Shown in pieces: positions 10,301 to 21,162 of a stretch of 64,000 bases of DNA; position 1 is the first letter of the stretch, and each line of letters starts with the position of its first letter. Under the pieces are notes generated by a model. That model made no database searches. It was not told the DNA's origin and worked only from the letters and a program-made list of their open reading frames with translations. This stretch comes from an uncultured delta proteobacterium. Lineage in GTDB: Bacteria > Desulfobacterota > Binatia > JACPRU01. The position numbers and the translations under genes are program-made. Where the stretch lies: NCBI GenBank assembly GCA_963745025.1, contig CAVUWD010000019.1, forward strand, positions 318,516 to 382,515, read 5' to 3'.

Positions 10301-11105
10301 CTACTTCGCAGCCGTGTCGATTTCAGGGTACATCGCCGAATGGGCCAAGTCCCGCGTGCCGTTTGCCGTAGCGCGATGGAACATCCTGCGTCCAGTCACT
10401 TGGCAGGATCAACGAGAACGCGAGCAGCAACGCGAAGGGGATAGGTCGCCAGCCGATGCCCGCCGACACGCGGCCGTCCTCGTGCCTGACCGCGGACACT
10501 ACGCTGGCGCCGGCTCGGGCGCGCCTGCTCCGATACGTGATGACGATGGTGAGGAAACCAATTACGGACATCAGAAGGTTCAGGACCTGTCCGGTCGCCA
10601 ACCCGAGCAGGCTGGTGGGGTACTCGCGGAACAGGTCGATGAAGATTCTGAGGAACGCGTAGAGGAAGAGAAAGGCCCCGGTCAGCACCCCCGTGGGCGG
10701 CTGCAACGTGGACAGGTAGCACAGGACCGGAATGATCAGCAGGTTCTTGATCCCGTCGTAGAGCACGACCGGATGCCGGAATCCCTCCGCGTCCGGGAAC
10801 TTTACCGCCCACCAGGCGTTGCTGACGCTGCCGACGATCTGCCCGTCGACGAAGTTCCCCATCCTGCCGACCCCGAGGATGAATGCGGCGGGGATGGCGA
10901 GAGCGTCCGTCATTTCGAGAAATGGCTTACGGTGACGGAGCGTGAACGCCCAGACGCCGAGCAGCCCGCCAAACAGCAACCCGTGTGTGGCCATCCCGCC
11001 GAGCCAATAGGCAGGAATCAGCGCCGGATGCTCGCGGTAGAACGGCCATTCGTAAAACGCCACCTCGACGAAGCGGCCGCCAAGAAGAACGCCGACGGCC
11101 AGAGA
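10301..11105 (-). pseudogene. lgt: Prolipoprotein diacylglyceryl transferase-like, 5'-truncated with a 3' frameshift
   Basis: GGMATHG, GRMGNF, RHPVVLY, YAFLRIFIDLFRE; N-terminus replaced by the integrase remnant. Confidence 0.7.
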
Positions 11106-11121
11106 GATGCCCGACGCAGAC

Positions 11122-11235
11122 ACGCTGAAGTACATCCAGGAGTAGCTCGGTCATTCGTCGATCTCGATCACGTCCGACATCTACGGGCATCTCGTGCCAC
11201 GCAACATGAACAACTTGTTTGGAGCCCACATCTAG
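11122..11235 (+). pseudogene. Phage-type tyrosine integrase C-terminal remnant
   Basis: TLKYIQE*LGHSSISITSDIYGHLVP (box II LGH...Y) with TAG at 11143. Confidence 0.75.
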
Positions 11236-11355
11236 CCCCAATGCCGGTAAGTTAACCGGATTTTCTAGTATCCGCGATAGGTTGGCGTCCCGGTAGGAGC
11301 CGCGGTGTGGGGGAAGTTGTGTCCGTTGTGTCTTACGGCTATAAAGCCGCAAGAA

Positions 11356-11709
11356 ATGAAGAGCCTTGTGGACCAGCGCCGGCGGACTCTGCGGGCTTTG
11401 CCGTCTCTTGAAGAGATCGTGCGGGGAAGTGTCGTTGAGCGCCGACTCCGCTGTGGCAAGCCGGGCTGTCGCTGCGCCCGCAGACAGCTCCACGAGGTCA
11501 CCTACCTGAGCGTGACCTTCGCCGGTGGCCGCACCGAGCAGATCTCGCTCCCCGCAGATCTCGTCCCGGTCGCCCGCCGGTGGGTGGCCAACTACCAGGC
11601 GTGGTGGAAGGCCGTGGAGAAGATCTCGGCCATCAATCGGAAGCTTCTCCGTGAGCGGCGTTCGTCGGCGCAAAAGCGTTCGGCGCGCACAGGCAAGACT
11701 CCGCCCTGA
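11356..11709 (+). CDS. DUF6788-like basic Cys/His protein inside the IS
   Basis: RGSVVERRLRCGKPGCRCARRQLH motif; start codon uncertain. Confidence 0.75.
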   Translation: MKSLVDQRRRTLRALPSLEEIVRGSVVERRLRCGKPGCRCARRQLHEVTYLSVTFAGGRTEQISLPADLVPVARRWVANYQAWWKAVEKISAINRKLLRERRSSAQKRSARTGKTPP

Positions 11710-11750
11710 AAATCTGAACAAACGAGGGCGGCCATGGCAGGAGGTGTGCG

Positions 11751-13115
11751 GTGGGGATGGATCTCGCAGAGGCGTTGCTCCAGGCCGGCGAGGGACGAGC
11801 CGAGGCGAGCTTCGAGCTTTTTGCTCAGACCTTGGATCCCGGGTGGATCGAACGGGCGCTTCAGGCCACCGACAAGGCAAGCGTCCGACGGCGCAAGCTT
11901 CCCGCCGAGTACGTCGTGTGGCTCGTGATCGGCATGGGCTTGCTGCGCGACCGCTCGATTCAGGAGGTCGTGCGCCATCTCGATCTGGTGCTCCCCGGTT
12001 CGGATCGTGACCGCCAGGCGGTCAGCGGCGGCGCCATCGTGCAGGCCCGTGACCGCCTCGGACCCCAGCCGCTCGCCTGGCTCTTCGAGCACACGGCCCA
12101 GGTGTGGGCGACCGCCTCCGCCGACGAACACCGCTGGCGCGGGCTGGCGGTCTTTGGTGTCGATGGCACGACGCTACGCGTGCCGGACAGCGCCGAGAAC
12201 GACGCGGAATTTGGTCGCCCCGGCACGAGCCGCGGCGGCGCTGCGGCCGGGTATCCTCAGCTGCGTCTGCTGGCCCTCATGGTGCTGCGCAGTCATGTGC
12301 TCGCAGCGCTCGCGGCCGGCCCCTATCAGCATGGCGAACTCACCCTCGCCGAGGATCTCTGGCCCAAACTCTCCGATCGTTCGCTCATCATCGTCGATCG
12401 AGAGTTTGCCACCTACGAGCTCTTTCACCGCCTCGCCGATCCGGGCCGGGAGCGCTACTGGCTGACGCGGGCCAAGCAGGGCAGGCGTACCGCCAAGCTC
12501 AGGATCGTCCAGCAACTGGGGCCCCGGGATTCCATCGTCGAGCTGCGTCCCAGCCGACACACTCGGCATCTCCATCCGACGCTGCCCGAAACGTTGCGCG
12601 TGCGGGCCATCCGCTACCAGCGGCCCGGTTTCCGTCCCCAGATCTTGCTCACTTCACTCCTCGATCCCGTTGCCTATCCCGCGGCCGAGATCATCGCGCT
12701 CTACCACGAGCGCTGGGAGCTCGAACTCGGCTTTGACGAAGTGAAGACCCACACGCTCGAGCGCGAAGAGGCCTTACTGCGCTGCAAGGCTCCCGAGCGC
12801 GTCAAGCAAGAGCTCTGGGGACTGGCGCTTGCCTACAATCTCGTGCGCCTCGCCATGGCTCGCGTGGCACAAAAGGCCGGCATCTCGCCAACGCGGATCA
12901 GCTACCGCCACGCCGTCAACTTCATCCGCATCTTCTGGCTCAGCGCCCACCTCGTCAGCCCAGGCGCGCTGCCCCGACGCCTCGATGGCTTGCACAAAGA
13001 GCTCGCCCTGCTCATCCTCCCGCCACGACGTCCGCGCCGCTTCCCACGCGCCGTCAAAATCAAGATGAGCAAATTCCCCCGCAAACGCCCCCGACCTCAA
13101 CGGGGCCTTAAGTGA
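11751..13115 (+). CDS. IS4 family DDE transposase
   Basis: GVDGTT, IVDREF, Y-HE-R-WEL-E...K (YREK signature); stop codon lies in the IRR. Confidence 0.93.
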   Translation: MGMDLAEALLQAGEGRAEASFELFAQTLDPGWIERALQATDKASVRRRKLPAEYVVWLVIGMGLLRDRSIQEVVRHLDLVLPGSDRDRQAVSGGAIVQARDRLGPQPLAWLFEHTAQVWATASADEHRWRGLAVFGVDGTTLRVPDSAENDAEFGRPGTSRGGAAAGYPQLRLLALMVLRSHVLAALAAGPYQHGELTLAEDLWPKLSDRSLIIVDREFATYELFHRLADPGRERYWLTRAKQGRRTAKLRIVQQLGPRDSIVELRPSRHTRHLHPTLPETLRVRAIRYQRPGFRPQILLTSLLDPVAYPAAEIIALYHERWELELGFDEVKTHTLEREEALLRCKAPERVKQELWGLALAYNLVRLAMARVAQKAGISPTRISYRHAVNFIRIFWLSAHLVSPGALPRRLDGLHKELALLILPPRRPRRFPRAVKIKMSKFPRKRPRPQRGLK

Positions 13116-13127
13116 ACGGCATTGCAT

Positions 13128-13592
13128 CTAGCCCGCCCTGGACGGCTTGGCGGCGTCCGGGCTCTTCCGCGTGGTCTTCTTGCAGCGGCAGGTGCCTGCC
13201 TCGTGCAGCTCGATCAGATTGCCGTGCGGATCGTCCATGAAGATCTGCTCGAGCTGGGGACCGACCACGGACTGGATGCTCCAGTACTTGACGCCCATGC
13301 GGTCGAGCTCGCGCTTGGCCTCCTGGACATCCGGCACGGCCAGTGCCACGTGCAGCGTGGTCGGGTCCTGCTTCGGTCCCTTCGCATAGCGCGAGACACC
13401 TTCGCAGCCCATGAGGTGAATCTGTGTGTCGTTGCCGCAGTCCATCCAGTAGCCGGGAATGCCCGGGATGTTCGGGCGCCCGGGATCAGGCGTGAGCCCG
13501 AGCACGTCGCGATAGAAGGCCAGCGACTTCTCGGTCTCTTCGGGATTGACGCGGATGCCGTGATGGTGAAGCTCGAGTACCTTGACCGCCAT
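13128..13592 (-). CDS. VOC/glyoxalase family protein
   Basis: HHHGIRV, FYRDVLGL, HVALAV, DPHGNLIEL. Confidence 0.9.
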   Translation of the reverse strand: MAVKVLELHHHGIRVNPEETEKSLAFYRDVLGLTPDPGRPNIPGIPGYWMDCGNDTQIHLMGCEGVSRYAKGPKQDPTTLHVALAVPDVQEAKRELDRMGVKYWSIQSVVGPQLEQIFMDDPHGNLIELHEAGTCRCKKTTRKSPDAAKPSRAG

Positions 13593-13749
13593 GATGTCCC
13601 CCTGGGTTACTTACGGTTTCACCCCGGCGGAGCCGCCGCCCGGGAGCTTGTCCACCAGCGTGCCCCAGATGCCTTTGGGCCGAGCTCGACCTCACCTCGA
13701 TCGACGGTGAAAGGCGGATATGAGCGACGTCGGGTGTCCGCTTCCGAGC

Positions 13750-13904
13750 GGCCGACCAGGTCGAATGCGTTCAGTTGCGCGAGCTCGCGCTTGTCGGCGA
13801 GGTGCACGCCGACGACCAGAAGGCCGTAGACGAGGACGTCCGGACCACCTTTCCCACGACCGGCAACGTCGGTAGAACATGTCGGACCAGATGCTCGCAT
13901 TCAT
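13750..13904 (-). pseudogene. DUF421/YetF membrane protein N-terminal remnant
   Basis: VYGLLVVGVHLADKRELAQLNAFDLV, frameshifted. Confidence 0.55.
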
Positions 13905-13925
13905 CGTTCGCCTCCCCGGACGGCC

Positions 13926-14597
13926 GTGACGCCGCTCGACGTCTTCAACCCCGCGAATCTGTCCGATGCAAGCCGGCTGACCGGGCCGGCCGGGGCGCGG
14001 GCGCTGCTCGACGCCGCGCGCAGCTTCCCGGGCGGCCCGGCCATGCTCGTCTTCGCGCTCTTCTGGTCGCCCGTCGGCCCCGGCATTCCCGCCGGCGTCC
14101 TCCTCGCCCGCCACATCCCGCTCAGCCCGCCGATCACCTTCGCCCTCTATGCCGCCTCCGACCTTTTGGGAGCGCTGGTCTGCTATCCGCTCTTCACCGC
14201 GCTCCGGCGCCACGCCAGGCGCGTGCGCCCGCTGCACTGGATCGGCACCCGCATGCTGCGGCTCGCGATGCTCGGGACGCGGGCGCCGCGCGCCGCGGAG
14301 GTGCAGGCCGAGCTCGGCCGCCGCGGTGTCGGCCCGGCGCTTTTTCGCATCGCGACGGTGGGCTTCGGCGTCGACGTGTACAGCGCGGGGATGGTCGCGA
14401 CCGGACTCCCGGTGCCGCGGGCGCTCGGTTGGGGATCGGCGATCGCCGGCGACCTCGTCTGGTTCGCGCTGCTGCTCGGCACCAGCATGGCGGCGGGCGC
14501 CGCCGTCGACGACGATCGCGTCGTGGCGCTGGTCGTGCTGGTCGCCATGTTCGTGATCCCTGCCCTCGCCCGGCGCGTCTTCCCAGCGCTCCGCTGA
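13926..14597 (+). CDS. Hypothetical membrane protein
   Basis: 223-aa ORF with several TM segments and GC3-rich codons. Confidence 0.65.
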   Translation: MTPLDVFNPANLSDASRLTGPAGARALLDAARSFPGGPAMLVFALFWSPVGPGIPAGVLLARHIPLSPPITFALYAASDLLGALVCYPLFTALRRHARRVRPLHWIGTRMLRLAMLGTRAPRAAEVQAELGRRGVGPALFRIATVGFGVDVYSAGMVATGLPVPRALGWGSAIAGDLVWFALLLGTSMAAGAAVDDDRVVALVVLVAMFVIPALARRVFPALR

Positions 14598-14679
14598 TCA
14601 CGCCATTAAGAGCCCGCCGTGGATCGCATCCCGGGCGGCGCCGAGGAGACGACGGCTATGCTCGCGCTATACTCCGGAC

Positions 14680-16107
14680 ATGACCACCACCCTCTCCCGT
14701 CCCCAGACCGGCTCGGCCTCCGACGCGGCCGCGGCGTGCGCCGAGGCGCATTACGGCGAGTTTCTCGAGGACCTCAAGACGCTCGCGCGCATCCCCTCGG
14801 TCTCCTTCCCGGGCTTCGACTCCAAGCAGGTCGACCGCTCCGCCGAGGCCGTCGCGGCGCTCATGAGCAAGCGCGGCCTGGAGAACGTCGAGGTCCTCCG
14901 CATCCCCGGCGCCTTCCCTTATGTCTACGGCGACTGGCTGCACGCCCCGGGCAAGCCCACGCTCCTGCTCTACGCGCATCACGACGTCCAGCCCGCGGGG
15001 CGCGAGGAGCTTTGGAAGTCCCCGCCCTTCGAGCCCGCCGAGCGCGACGGCCGCCTCTACGGCCGCGGCTGCGCAGACGACAAGGCCGGCGCGGTGGCAC
15101 ACACCTCGGCGATCGCCTCTTGGCTGCAGACCGCTGGCAGGCTCCCCGTCAACGTGAAGGTCATCATCGAGGGCGAGGAGGAGGTCGGCTCCGACAACCT
15201 CGAGCCCTTCCTGGCCCGCTACGCCTCCAAGGTGATGGCCGACGCCATCGTGCTCACCGACACCGGCAACTTCGACCACGAGACCCCGTCCATCACGGTC
15301 GCCCTGCGAGGCCTGGTGGCGCTCGACGTCACGGTCAAGTCCATGGATCACCCACTGCACTCGGGCATGTGGGGCGGCCCCACCCCCGACCCCACGGTCG
15401 CGCTGGCTAAAATGATCGCCGCCTGCGTCGACGGGAAGGGCCGCATGCTCTTCCCCGGCGCCTACAAGGGCGTGCTCCAGCCCTCCAAGGCCATGGAGGC
15501 CAGCCTCAAGATGCTCAAATACCCGGAAAAGGTCTTCCGCGCCCAGTCCGGGCTTAACCCCAAGACCAAGCTGATGGTGCCCGCCAAGGACATCCTGCGC
15601 TCCAACTGGTACTGGCCCTCCTTCTCGGTCAACGCCATCCAGGCGTCCTCGAGGAAGGACTGCGCCAACATCATCAATGACTCCGCCTGGTGTCACATGG
15701 GCGTGCGCATCGTGCCCGGCCAAGACCCCAAGGCCGTTCTCGCGGCGCTCAAGAAGCACCTGCTCAAGAGCGCTCCGTGGGGCGTGGAGGTGAGCTTCTC
15801 CAACGAGTCGGCCTCGCCGGCGTGGACCACTGACACCGGCGCGCCCGCCTTCGCCGCCGCGCGGAAGGCCCTGCAGAAGGGCTATGGTCGTCAGGCGGTG
15901 GACATGGGCTGCGGCGGCTCGATCCCGTTCGTGGGCCCTTTCGCCAAGGCGCTCAAGGGCGCGCCCGCCCTGCTCATCGGCGTCGAGGACCCGCTGTCGA
16001 ACCCGCACTCTGAGAACGAGAGCCTGCACCTGGGCATGTTCGCCAAGGCCATCGCCTCGGCGGCCCATCTCTACGGCGAGGTCGCCGCGCTCGACTCGGT
16101 GAAGTAG
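14680..16107 (+). CDS. M20/M25/M40 metallo-dipeptidase
   Basis: [36 protein letters not shown]. Confidence 0.9.
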   Translation: MTTTLSRPQTGSASDAAAACAEAHYGEFLEDLKTLARIPSVSFPGFDSKQVDRSAEAVAALMSKRGLENVEVLRIPGAFPYVYGDWLHAPGKPTLLLYAHHDVQPAGREELWKSPPFEPAERDGRLYGRGCADDKAGAVAHTSAIASWLQTAGRLPVNVKVIIEGEEEVGSDNLEPFLARYASKVMADAIVLTDTGNFDHETPSITVALRGLVALDVTVKSMDHPLHSGMWGGPTPDPTVALAKMIAACVDGKGRMLFPGAYKGVLQPSKAMEASLKMLKYPEKVFRAQSGLNPKTKLMVPAKDILRSNWYWPSFSVNAIQASSRKDCANIINDSAWCHMGVRIVPGQDPKAVLAALKKHLLKSAPWGVEVSFSNESASPAWTTDTGAPAFAAARKALQKGYGRQAVDMGCGGSIPFVGPFAKALKGAPALLIGVEDPLSNPHSENESLHLGMFAKAIASAAHLYGEVAALDSVK

Positions 16108-16419
16108 GGGACCGCCGGCGCGAGGTGGAAGGGAGATCCCGCCGGCGTCTCGCCAAGGACCTTCGCGACATTCGCAAGCGATAGCGTTCGGGGATGCTCG
16201 ATGATGCCCATGGCTCACGAGGTCGCCGTTATCCCGTAGAACGAACTGGAGAAGCAGCCCGCGCCGGCGGCTCCTACCGCTTGATCGCCAAGATTCCGCA
16301 CTCGCGCCGCGGGCGCGTCTCGATGTCCGGCCGTCGCGTCATGGCCGCAGCGCTCAAGTTACGCGAGGTCGCTTACCCGAGCCTCTACGCCGAGGCTGCC
16401 TGACCTGGACACGATCCTC

Positions 16420-16457
16420 GCAAAACGCAAAGAAGATACGAGAAGGAATCTATCCTC
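16420..16457 (+). repeat. ~39-bp dispersed intergenic repeat, copy 1
   Basis: GCAAAACGCAAAGAAGATACGAGAAGGAATCTATCCTC; differs from 57210-57248 by 2 substitutions and 1 indel. Confidence 0.8.
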
Positions 16458-16599
16458 AAGTAGGAGTCCGCGGCGACCTGGTCCCACCCTCGCTGGTCCC
16501 ACCCGTCGCTTGACAAGCCTCCCGCGAGGGGGCTACCCAGGCGGCCCTGTCCCGTCGTGAAGCCGGCCCGGGGACACCCCGGCCGGCGCGGAGCAGCAC

Positions 16600-17588
16600 A
16601 TGTCCTTTCCCGAGTCGGTGATCGCCTGCGAGTGCTGGGCGCGTGACGGCCTGCAGTCGATGCCCGTCGTGGTCTCGACCGCCCACAAGATCGAGATGAT
16701 CGACCGGATCACGGCTGCCGGGTTCAAGAAGGTCGAGGTCACCTCCTTCTCGCACCCGAAGCTGCTCCCCCAGTTCGCCGACGCGATCGACGTGCTCAAG
16801 GGGATCCGCCGCCGACCGGGCGTCTCGCACGTCGTGCTCATGCCCAACGAGAAGGGCTTCGACCGGCTCGAGGCGTGCCAGAAGGAGGGATACGGCGCGG
16901 ACGAGATCATCCTCATGATCTCCTCGAGCGAGAAGCACAACCTCCTCAACTTCCGCATGAACCACGCCGAGGCGATGGAGGAGCACGCGCGGGTCATGAA
17001 GCGGGCCCACGCGCTGGGGATCCGCGTCATCGGGTGCGCCGGGACGGTGTACGGCTGCCCGGTCGGCGGCGACGTGCCGTATCGACGAGGTGGCGAAGAT
17101 CGTCCGCTTCTACCTGGAGCGGCGCGCAGACGATCATGCTCGGCGACACCACCGGCGTCGCGAACCCGGTGCTGGTGCGCGAGCGGATCGGCCGAGCTGC
17201 ATGGCGACCTTCCCGAAGGCCGAGTTCATCGCCCACTTCCACGACACGCGCGGGACGGGCGTGCGTGAACTCCGTCGCCGCGCTCGAGCTGGGCGTCCGC
17301 TACGTCGACACCTCCCTCGGCGCCATCGGCGGCCAGCCCGCCACGGGCGCGGCCAAGTACTCGGCCGGCTTCACCGGCAACACCTGCAGCGAGGACCTCG
17401 TCGCGGTGCTCGAGGAGATGGGCGTCAGCACCGGCGTCGATCTGGATCTCGTGATCGACGCCGGCCGCCGCGCGGAGGAGATCCTCGAGCAGCGGCTGCG
17501 CTCGAACGTGATCCGCTCCGGGCCGGTCATCCACACCGAGTCTTCGCCGGTCAAGGAACCCGGGGTCGCGGCAGCGGCGCGGCAGTAG
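16600..17588 (+). pseudogene. HMG-CoA lyase / citramalyl-CoA lyase-like, multiply frameshifted
   Basis: RDGLQS, LGDTTG, HFHDTRG and GNTCSEDL lie in different frames; several indels at about 17075-17270. Confidence 0.8.
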
Positions 17589-17613
17589 GTGCCACGCCGC
17601 GCCACGCGGCGGC

Positions 17614-17750
17614 GGGATCATGGCCCTTTTCGGAGCGCCGATCACCCACGAGGATCACGCGCAGCGCGCCTGCTACGCCGCGCTGGTCTCTCCAGGAGGA
17701 CCTTCACCGCTACGCGAACGAGCTACGCGTCGAGAAAGGGATCAGCTTCC
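17614..17750 (+). pseudogene. Class III adenylate/guanylate cyclase internal fragment
   Basis: IMALFGAPITHEDHAQRACYAAL then (frameshift) LQEDLHRYANELRVEKGISF. Confidence 0.8.
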
Positions 17751-17795
17751 AGTGCGAGTCGTTGCTCGCAAGGTATGGCAGCCATCTTCGGCGCA

Positions 17796-18464
17796 TCACC
17801 GTTGCGCCGCGGCGACGACCGCTTCGACGGCCTGTTCGAGGGCGAGCACGTCCGTGTTGACGACGATGTCGTAGTGCACCGGAAGCTCCTCGCCGATGCC
17901 GTAGAACGCCTTCAGGTACTCGCGACGGCTCTTGTCCGAATCCTTGATCATTCTCGCCGCCTCGTCGACGCCAATGCCGCGAGCCGCCGCGAGCCGCTCC
18001 GCCCGGACTTCGGGCGAGGCGGTGACGAAAACGCGCAGAACACCCTCTTCGCCGGCCAGCGCCATCGCGGCGGCATGAGCGACGATGACGACGTTCCCCT
18101 CTCGGGCGGTGTCGCGGACGACTGCGCGGATCAGCTGGCGGAAGTACTCCGTGCCCCGAAAGGCCGCCCTGACGCCGGTCATTTCCTCGCCGGTCAGGAA
18201 CGCGGCCGGATGTAGAGAGCCGGGCGAGATCGCCATTATCTCCGACGCTGTCGCCACGGCTAACGACTTGAGTACGCGCTCGATGAACGTCTGCCGACGC
18301 TCGGCGTCCTGTACCAGCTCGACGTCGACGCCCTCCCTTTCGGCAGCCGTGGCGACGATCTCTTCGTCCGCATAGCGAAAGCCCATCCGCTGCGACAGCG
18401 CGTGCCCGATTTCCTCGCCGCCCGCGGCCAGCGCCCGCGACACACAGATCACCCGGGTTTTCAT
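17796..18464 (-). CDS. Cytidylate kinase-like family protein
   Basis: VICVSRALAAGGEEIG, RVFVTASPEVR, SDKSRREY, YDIVVNT. Confidence 0.85.
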   Translation of the reverse strand: MKTRVICVSRALAAGGEEIGHALSQRMGFRYADEEIVATAAEREGVDVELVQDAERRQTFIERVLKSLAVATASEIMAISPGSLHPAAFLTGEEMTGVRAAFRGTEYFRQLIRAVVRDTAREGNVVIVAHAAAMALAGEEGVLRVFVTASPEVRAERLAAARGIGVDEAARMIKDSDKSRREYLKAFYGIGEELPVHYDIVVNTDVLALEQAVEAVVAAAQR

Positions 18465-18914
18465 CTCGATTTCCTTCCGCACCCCGGCTCTTAAGCCCCG
18501 GGGTTGATGCTGCACGCCCGAAGGAGCGGCCACGGCATGGAGTAGACCACGAAGAGGATCGGCGTCGCAAAGAAGAAAGGAAGGAAGAGGAGAATAGCCA
18601 CCCAATGAGGTAGCGCGCACCCGGAGGGATGCTAAAGACGATCGTGCAAGGGCCTTGACGATCGCGGAAGAAGCGATCGGTTTCATCCGGCGGCTCGGCT
18701 CCCGATTCTGGGAGTTCTCGGCTCTACTTCCACGGTACTCGCCGGACACGCGGTGCCGATCGACTCAAGGCGAACATCGCAATGGATCCTAAAGGTCATC
18801 GACAATGCCGCTTTTCCGGACGGCAAGACGCACATAAGATGGCTTGAAGAGATCGCGCTCGTGTCGAACTGCAAAGCAACGTGGGATAGAAGACCGTTCG
18901 ACGTCGGTCCGGGT

Positions 18915-19484
18915 ATGGAAACCTGCGGACTCTACGTGCTTGCGTGCTTGATCCTGCCAGCGCTCGTGTCCGCTGCGTCGCCCGCGGCGATAGCAGATTA
19001 CGAAGTGTTTCACAGGGGAGTGAGCGTCATGCGGGGTAGGTTGTATGTCTCGGGGGATCGATACCGTGCCGAAACCAGGACGCACATAATCCTCGTCGAC
19101 GGGACGAGAAAGCGTCAATGGACGGTGATGGCGCCCCCACTCGGCTGCGAGAGCCACGTGCTCACCGAGGCGGTGAAACAAGCGTCTCCCTGGATGTTCG
19201 CCAAAGGTGCGAATGAGCGGTTCGTCGGTTCGGAAGTGATCGACGGTCATCCGACGAAGAAGTACCAGACCGTGACGAGCGGGACGGGCCAAAAGGGTTA
19301 TGTGTGGCGTGCGACGGATTTGAAAGGCTTCCCGGTCCAGATCACCGACGAGGCGGGAGAATTGAAGCGTGCGATCACGAATGTGGTTCTTCGTAAGCCA
19401 GACGCCTCGCTCTTCCGGCCTCCATCGGCATGTCGATCCGCTTCGCGCCTCAACGCGACTTCGCCGTCAAGCGCGAGCGAATGA
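18915..19484 (+). CDS. Exported protein, DUF4412/LolA-like
   Basis: Signal peptide; VGSEVIDGHPTKKY, WRATDLKGFPV, PDASLFRPP. Confidence 0.6.
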   Translation: METCGLYVLACLILPALVSAASPAAIADYEVFHRGVSVMRGRLYVSGDRYRAETRTHIILVDGTRKRQWTVMAPPLGCESHVLTEAVKQASPWMFAKGANERFVGSEVIDGHPTKKYQTVTSGTGQKGYVWRATDLKGFPVQITDEAGELKRAITNVVLRKPDASLFRPPSACRSASRLNATSPSSASE

Positions 19485-19904
19485 ACTGCGTCGAAGGCAT
19501 GGACCTCGATCCTCGATGTGGTCTACGGTACCCTCGGTCGTGGAGTAAATCCGTTCGCTGCCGCGATGCAAGCGAAGCATCGAACGGCTGGCACGTTCCC
19601 GAAGGCCGATGGTTATACCGCTCCGATGCTCGACCAGTTCGAGTTCTGGGCCATGAAAAAATGGGCGCGGACGGGCTCACGCGGATTAGCGTGCGCTATC
19701 GGGTCAGGGCTAGCGAGAATCATGGCTCGTGGCGAACGATGAGGCGGAGGCGGATGTCTTGTAACGTTGGGCCGGAGCACATCGAGCGCCTTGGCTTTAT
19801 CCCGCCGTGGGCACGCCCGGGTGGTGTCTTTCAATTGGTGAAAAATGGTTAGGCACGAGCAGGCTATCGTCACGAAAATCATTGAGCGAGGACAGGATCA
19901 TCCC

Positions 19905-21119
19905 ATGAGGCGACCATTGGACGGGATCCGGGTTTTGGACTGCGGGGTCTACCACGCGGGACCGGGGGGGCCCGCCATCCTGGCCGACCTCGGAGCGGAG
20001 GTGATCAAGGTCGAGCAGCCCGGCGTAGGGGACCCGATCCGACAAGCGAAGCAGATCGGGAGCGTCCCCCTAGAGCTGCCGGGGGGCAGGAGCTTGTTTT
20101 TCGAGGGGGCGAACCGAAACAAGAAGGGCGTGGCCCTCGAATTGAAAACGCCGAAGGGGCAGGAGGTTTTTCATCGCCTGGTCGCTCGTTCGGACGTTTT
20201 CTTGAGCAACATGCGCCGGCCCGCATTGGAGCGGCTCAACATCAGCTACCCCGTCTTGCGAGAGATCAATCCTAAGATCATCTACGCGGCCGTCTCGGCA
20301 TTCGGGCCAAAAGGGCCCGACAGGTACAGCGGCGGGTTTGATTACCAGGGCCAGGCCCGGGCAGGGATCATGTATTCCATGGGCGAGGAAGGAACGCCGC
20401 CCGCCGCGTGTCAGTTCGGGCTCATCGACCAGGTGACGGCGATCCTGGTGAGCCACCAGATCATCACGGCCCTCTTCATGCGAGAGCGCACCGGGATCGG
20501 GCAAGAGGTCCACGTCTCGATCCTGAGCGCAGCGATGTACCTTAACTACTTCAATGTGCTCATCGCCGGTCTCGCTGGCTTTGAGGTACCCCGTCATTCG
20601 AGGACTACGGAGAACCCGATGCGCAACTACTATCAGTGCGGCGACGGGCGCTGGCTCATGATGACGCTGACGCCGCCGACCCGGCACTGGGGTCCCCTCT
20701 GCCAAGCCCTGGCCAGGCCCGATCTCGAGCGCGACTCCCGGTACGATACGGACGAGAAGCGCAGCGCACACGCGCGAGAGCTCGTGGCTCTCTTCGACCA
20801 GATCTTCGCGACCAGGCCGCGGAACGAGTGGCTTGACATCTTTCGTGAGCGCGACCTGTTTTGCTGTGCGGTGAACAGGCTAAATGAGCTCGCATACGAT
20901 CCGCAGGTCATCGCAAACGAGTATTTGACGGATTTCGAGCATCCTACCGTGGGCAAGGTGAAGATCCCAGCCTACTTCGGCTCCTTTAGCGAGGCCCAGG
21001 CGGGGACGACGCGGGCCGCGCCTGAGTTGGGAGAACACACGGAAGAGGTGCTGAGCGGGCTCTGCGGCTATTCGGCGGCCGAAATTGCGGAATTGAAAAG
21101 GACGGGTGCCATCGCGTGA
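19905..21119 (+). CDS. CaiB/BaiF class III CoA transferase
   Basis: LADLGAEVIKVE, NRNKK, GFD, APELGEHT. Confidence 0.92.
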   Translation: MRRPLDGIRVLDCGVYHAGPGGPAILADLGAEVIKVEQPGVGDPIRQAKQIGSVPLELPGGRSLFFEGANRNKKGVALELKTPKGQEVFHRLVARSDVFLSNMRRPALERLNISYPVLREINPKIIYAAVSAFGPKGPDRYSGGFDYQGQARAGIMYSMGEEGTPPAACQFGLIDQVTAILVSHQIITALFMRERTGIGQEVHVSILSAAMYLNYFNVLIAGLAGFEVPRHSRTTENPMRNYYQCGDGRWLMMTLTPPTRHWGPLCQALARPDLERDSRYDTDEKRSAHARELVALFDQIFATRPRNEWLDIFRERDLFCCAVNRLNELAYDPQVIANEYLTDFEHPTVGKVKIPAYFGSFSEAQAGTTRAAPELGEHTEEVLSGLCGYSAAEIAELKRTGAIA

Positions 21120-21162
21120 TGTCGACCCGCGACAGCTTGCGGCGCTGGATCGTTGGGGCGAG

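Larger units (their letters stand above)
11239..13124 (+). mobile_element. Complete IS4-family insertion sequence
   Basis: IRL CAATGCCGGTAAGTTAA; IRR (reverse complement) CAATGCCGTTCACTTAA; 10-bp direct repeat CATCTAGCCC at 11229-11238 and 13125-13134. Confidence 0.93.

Noticed and set aside
16420-16440. c-di-GMP-I riboswitch (GCAAA...ACGCAAAG words)
   Set aside because: The P2 hairpin with its GNRA loop and the P3 stem are absent
18536-18554. 19-bp match CATGGAGTAGACCAYGAAG to 3515-3533
   Set aside because: Too short, with no extended homology; may be chance or an RBS-like remnant
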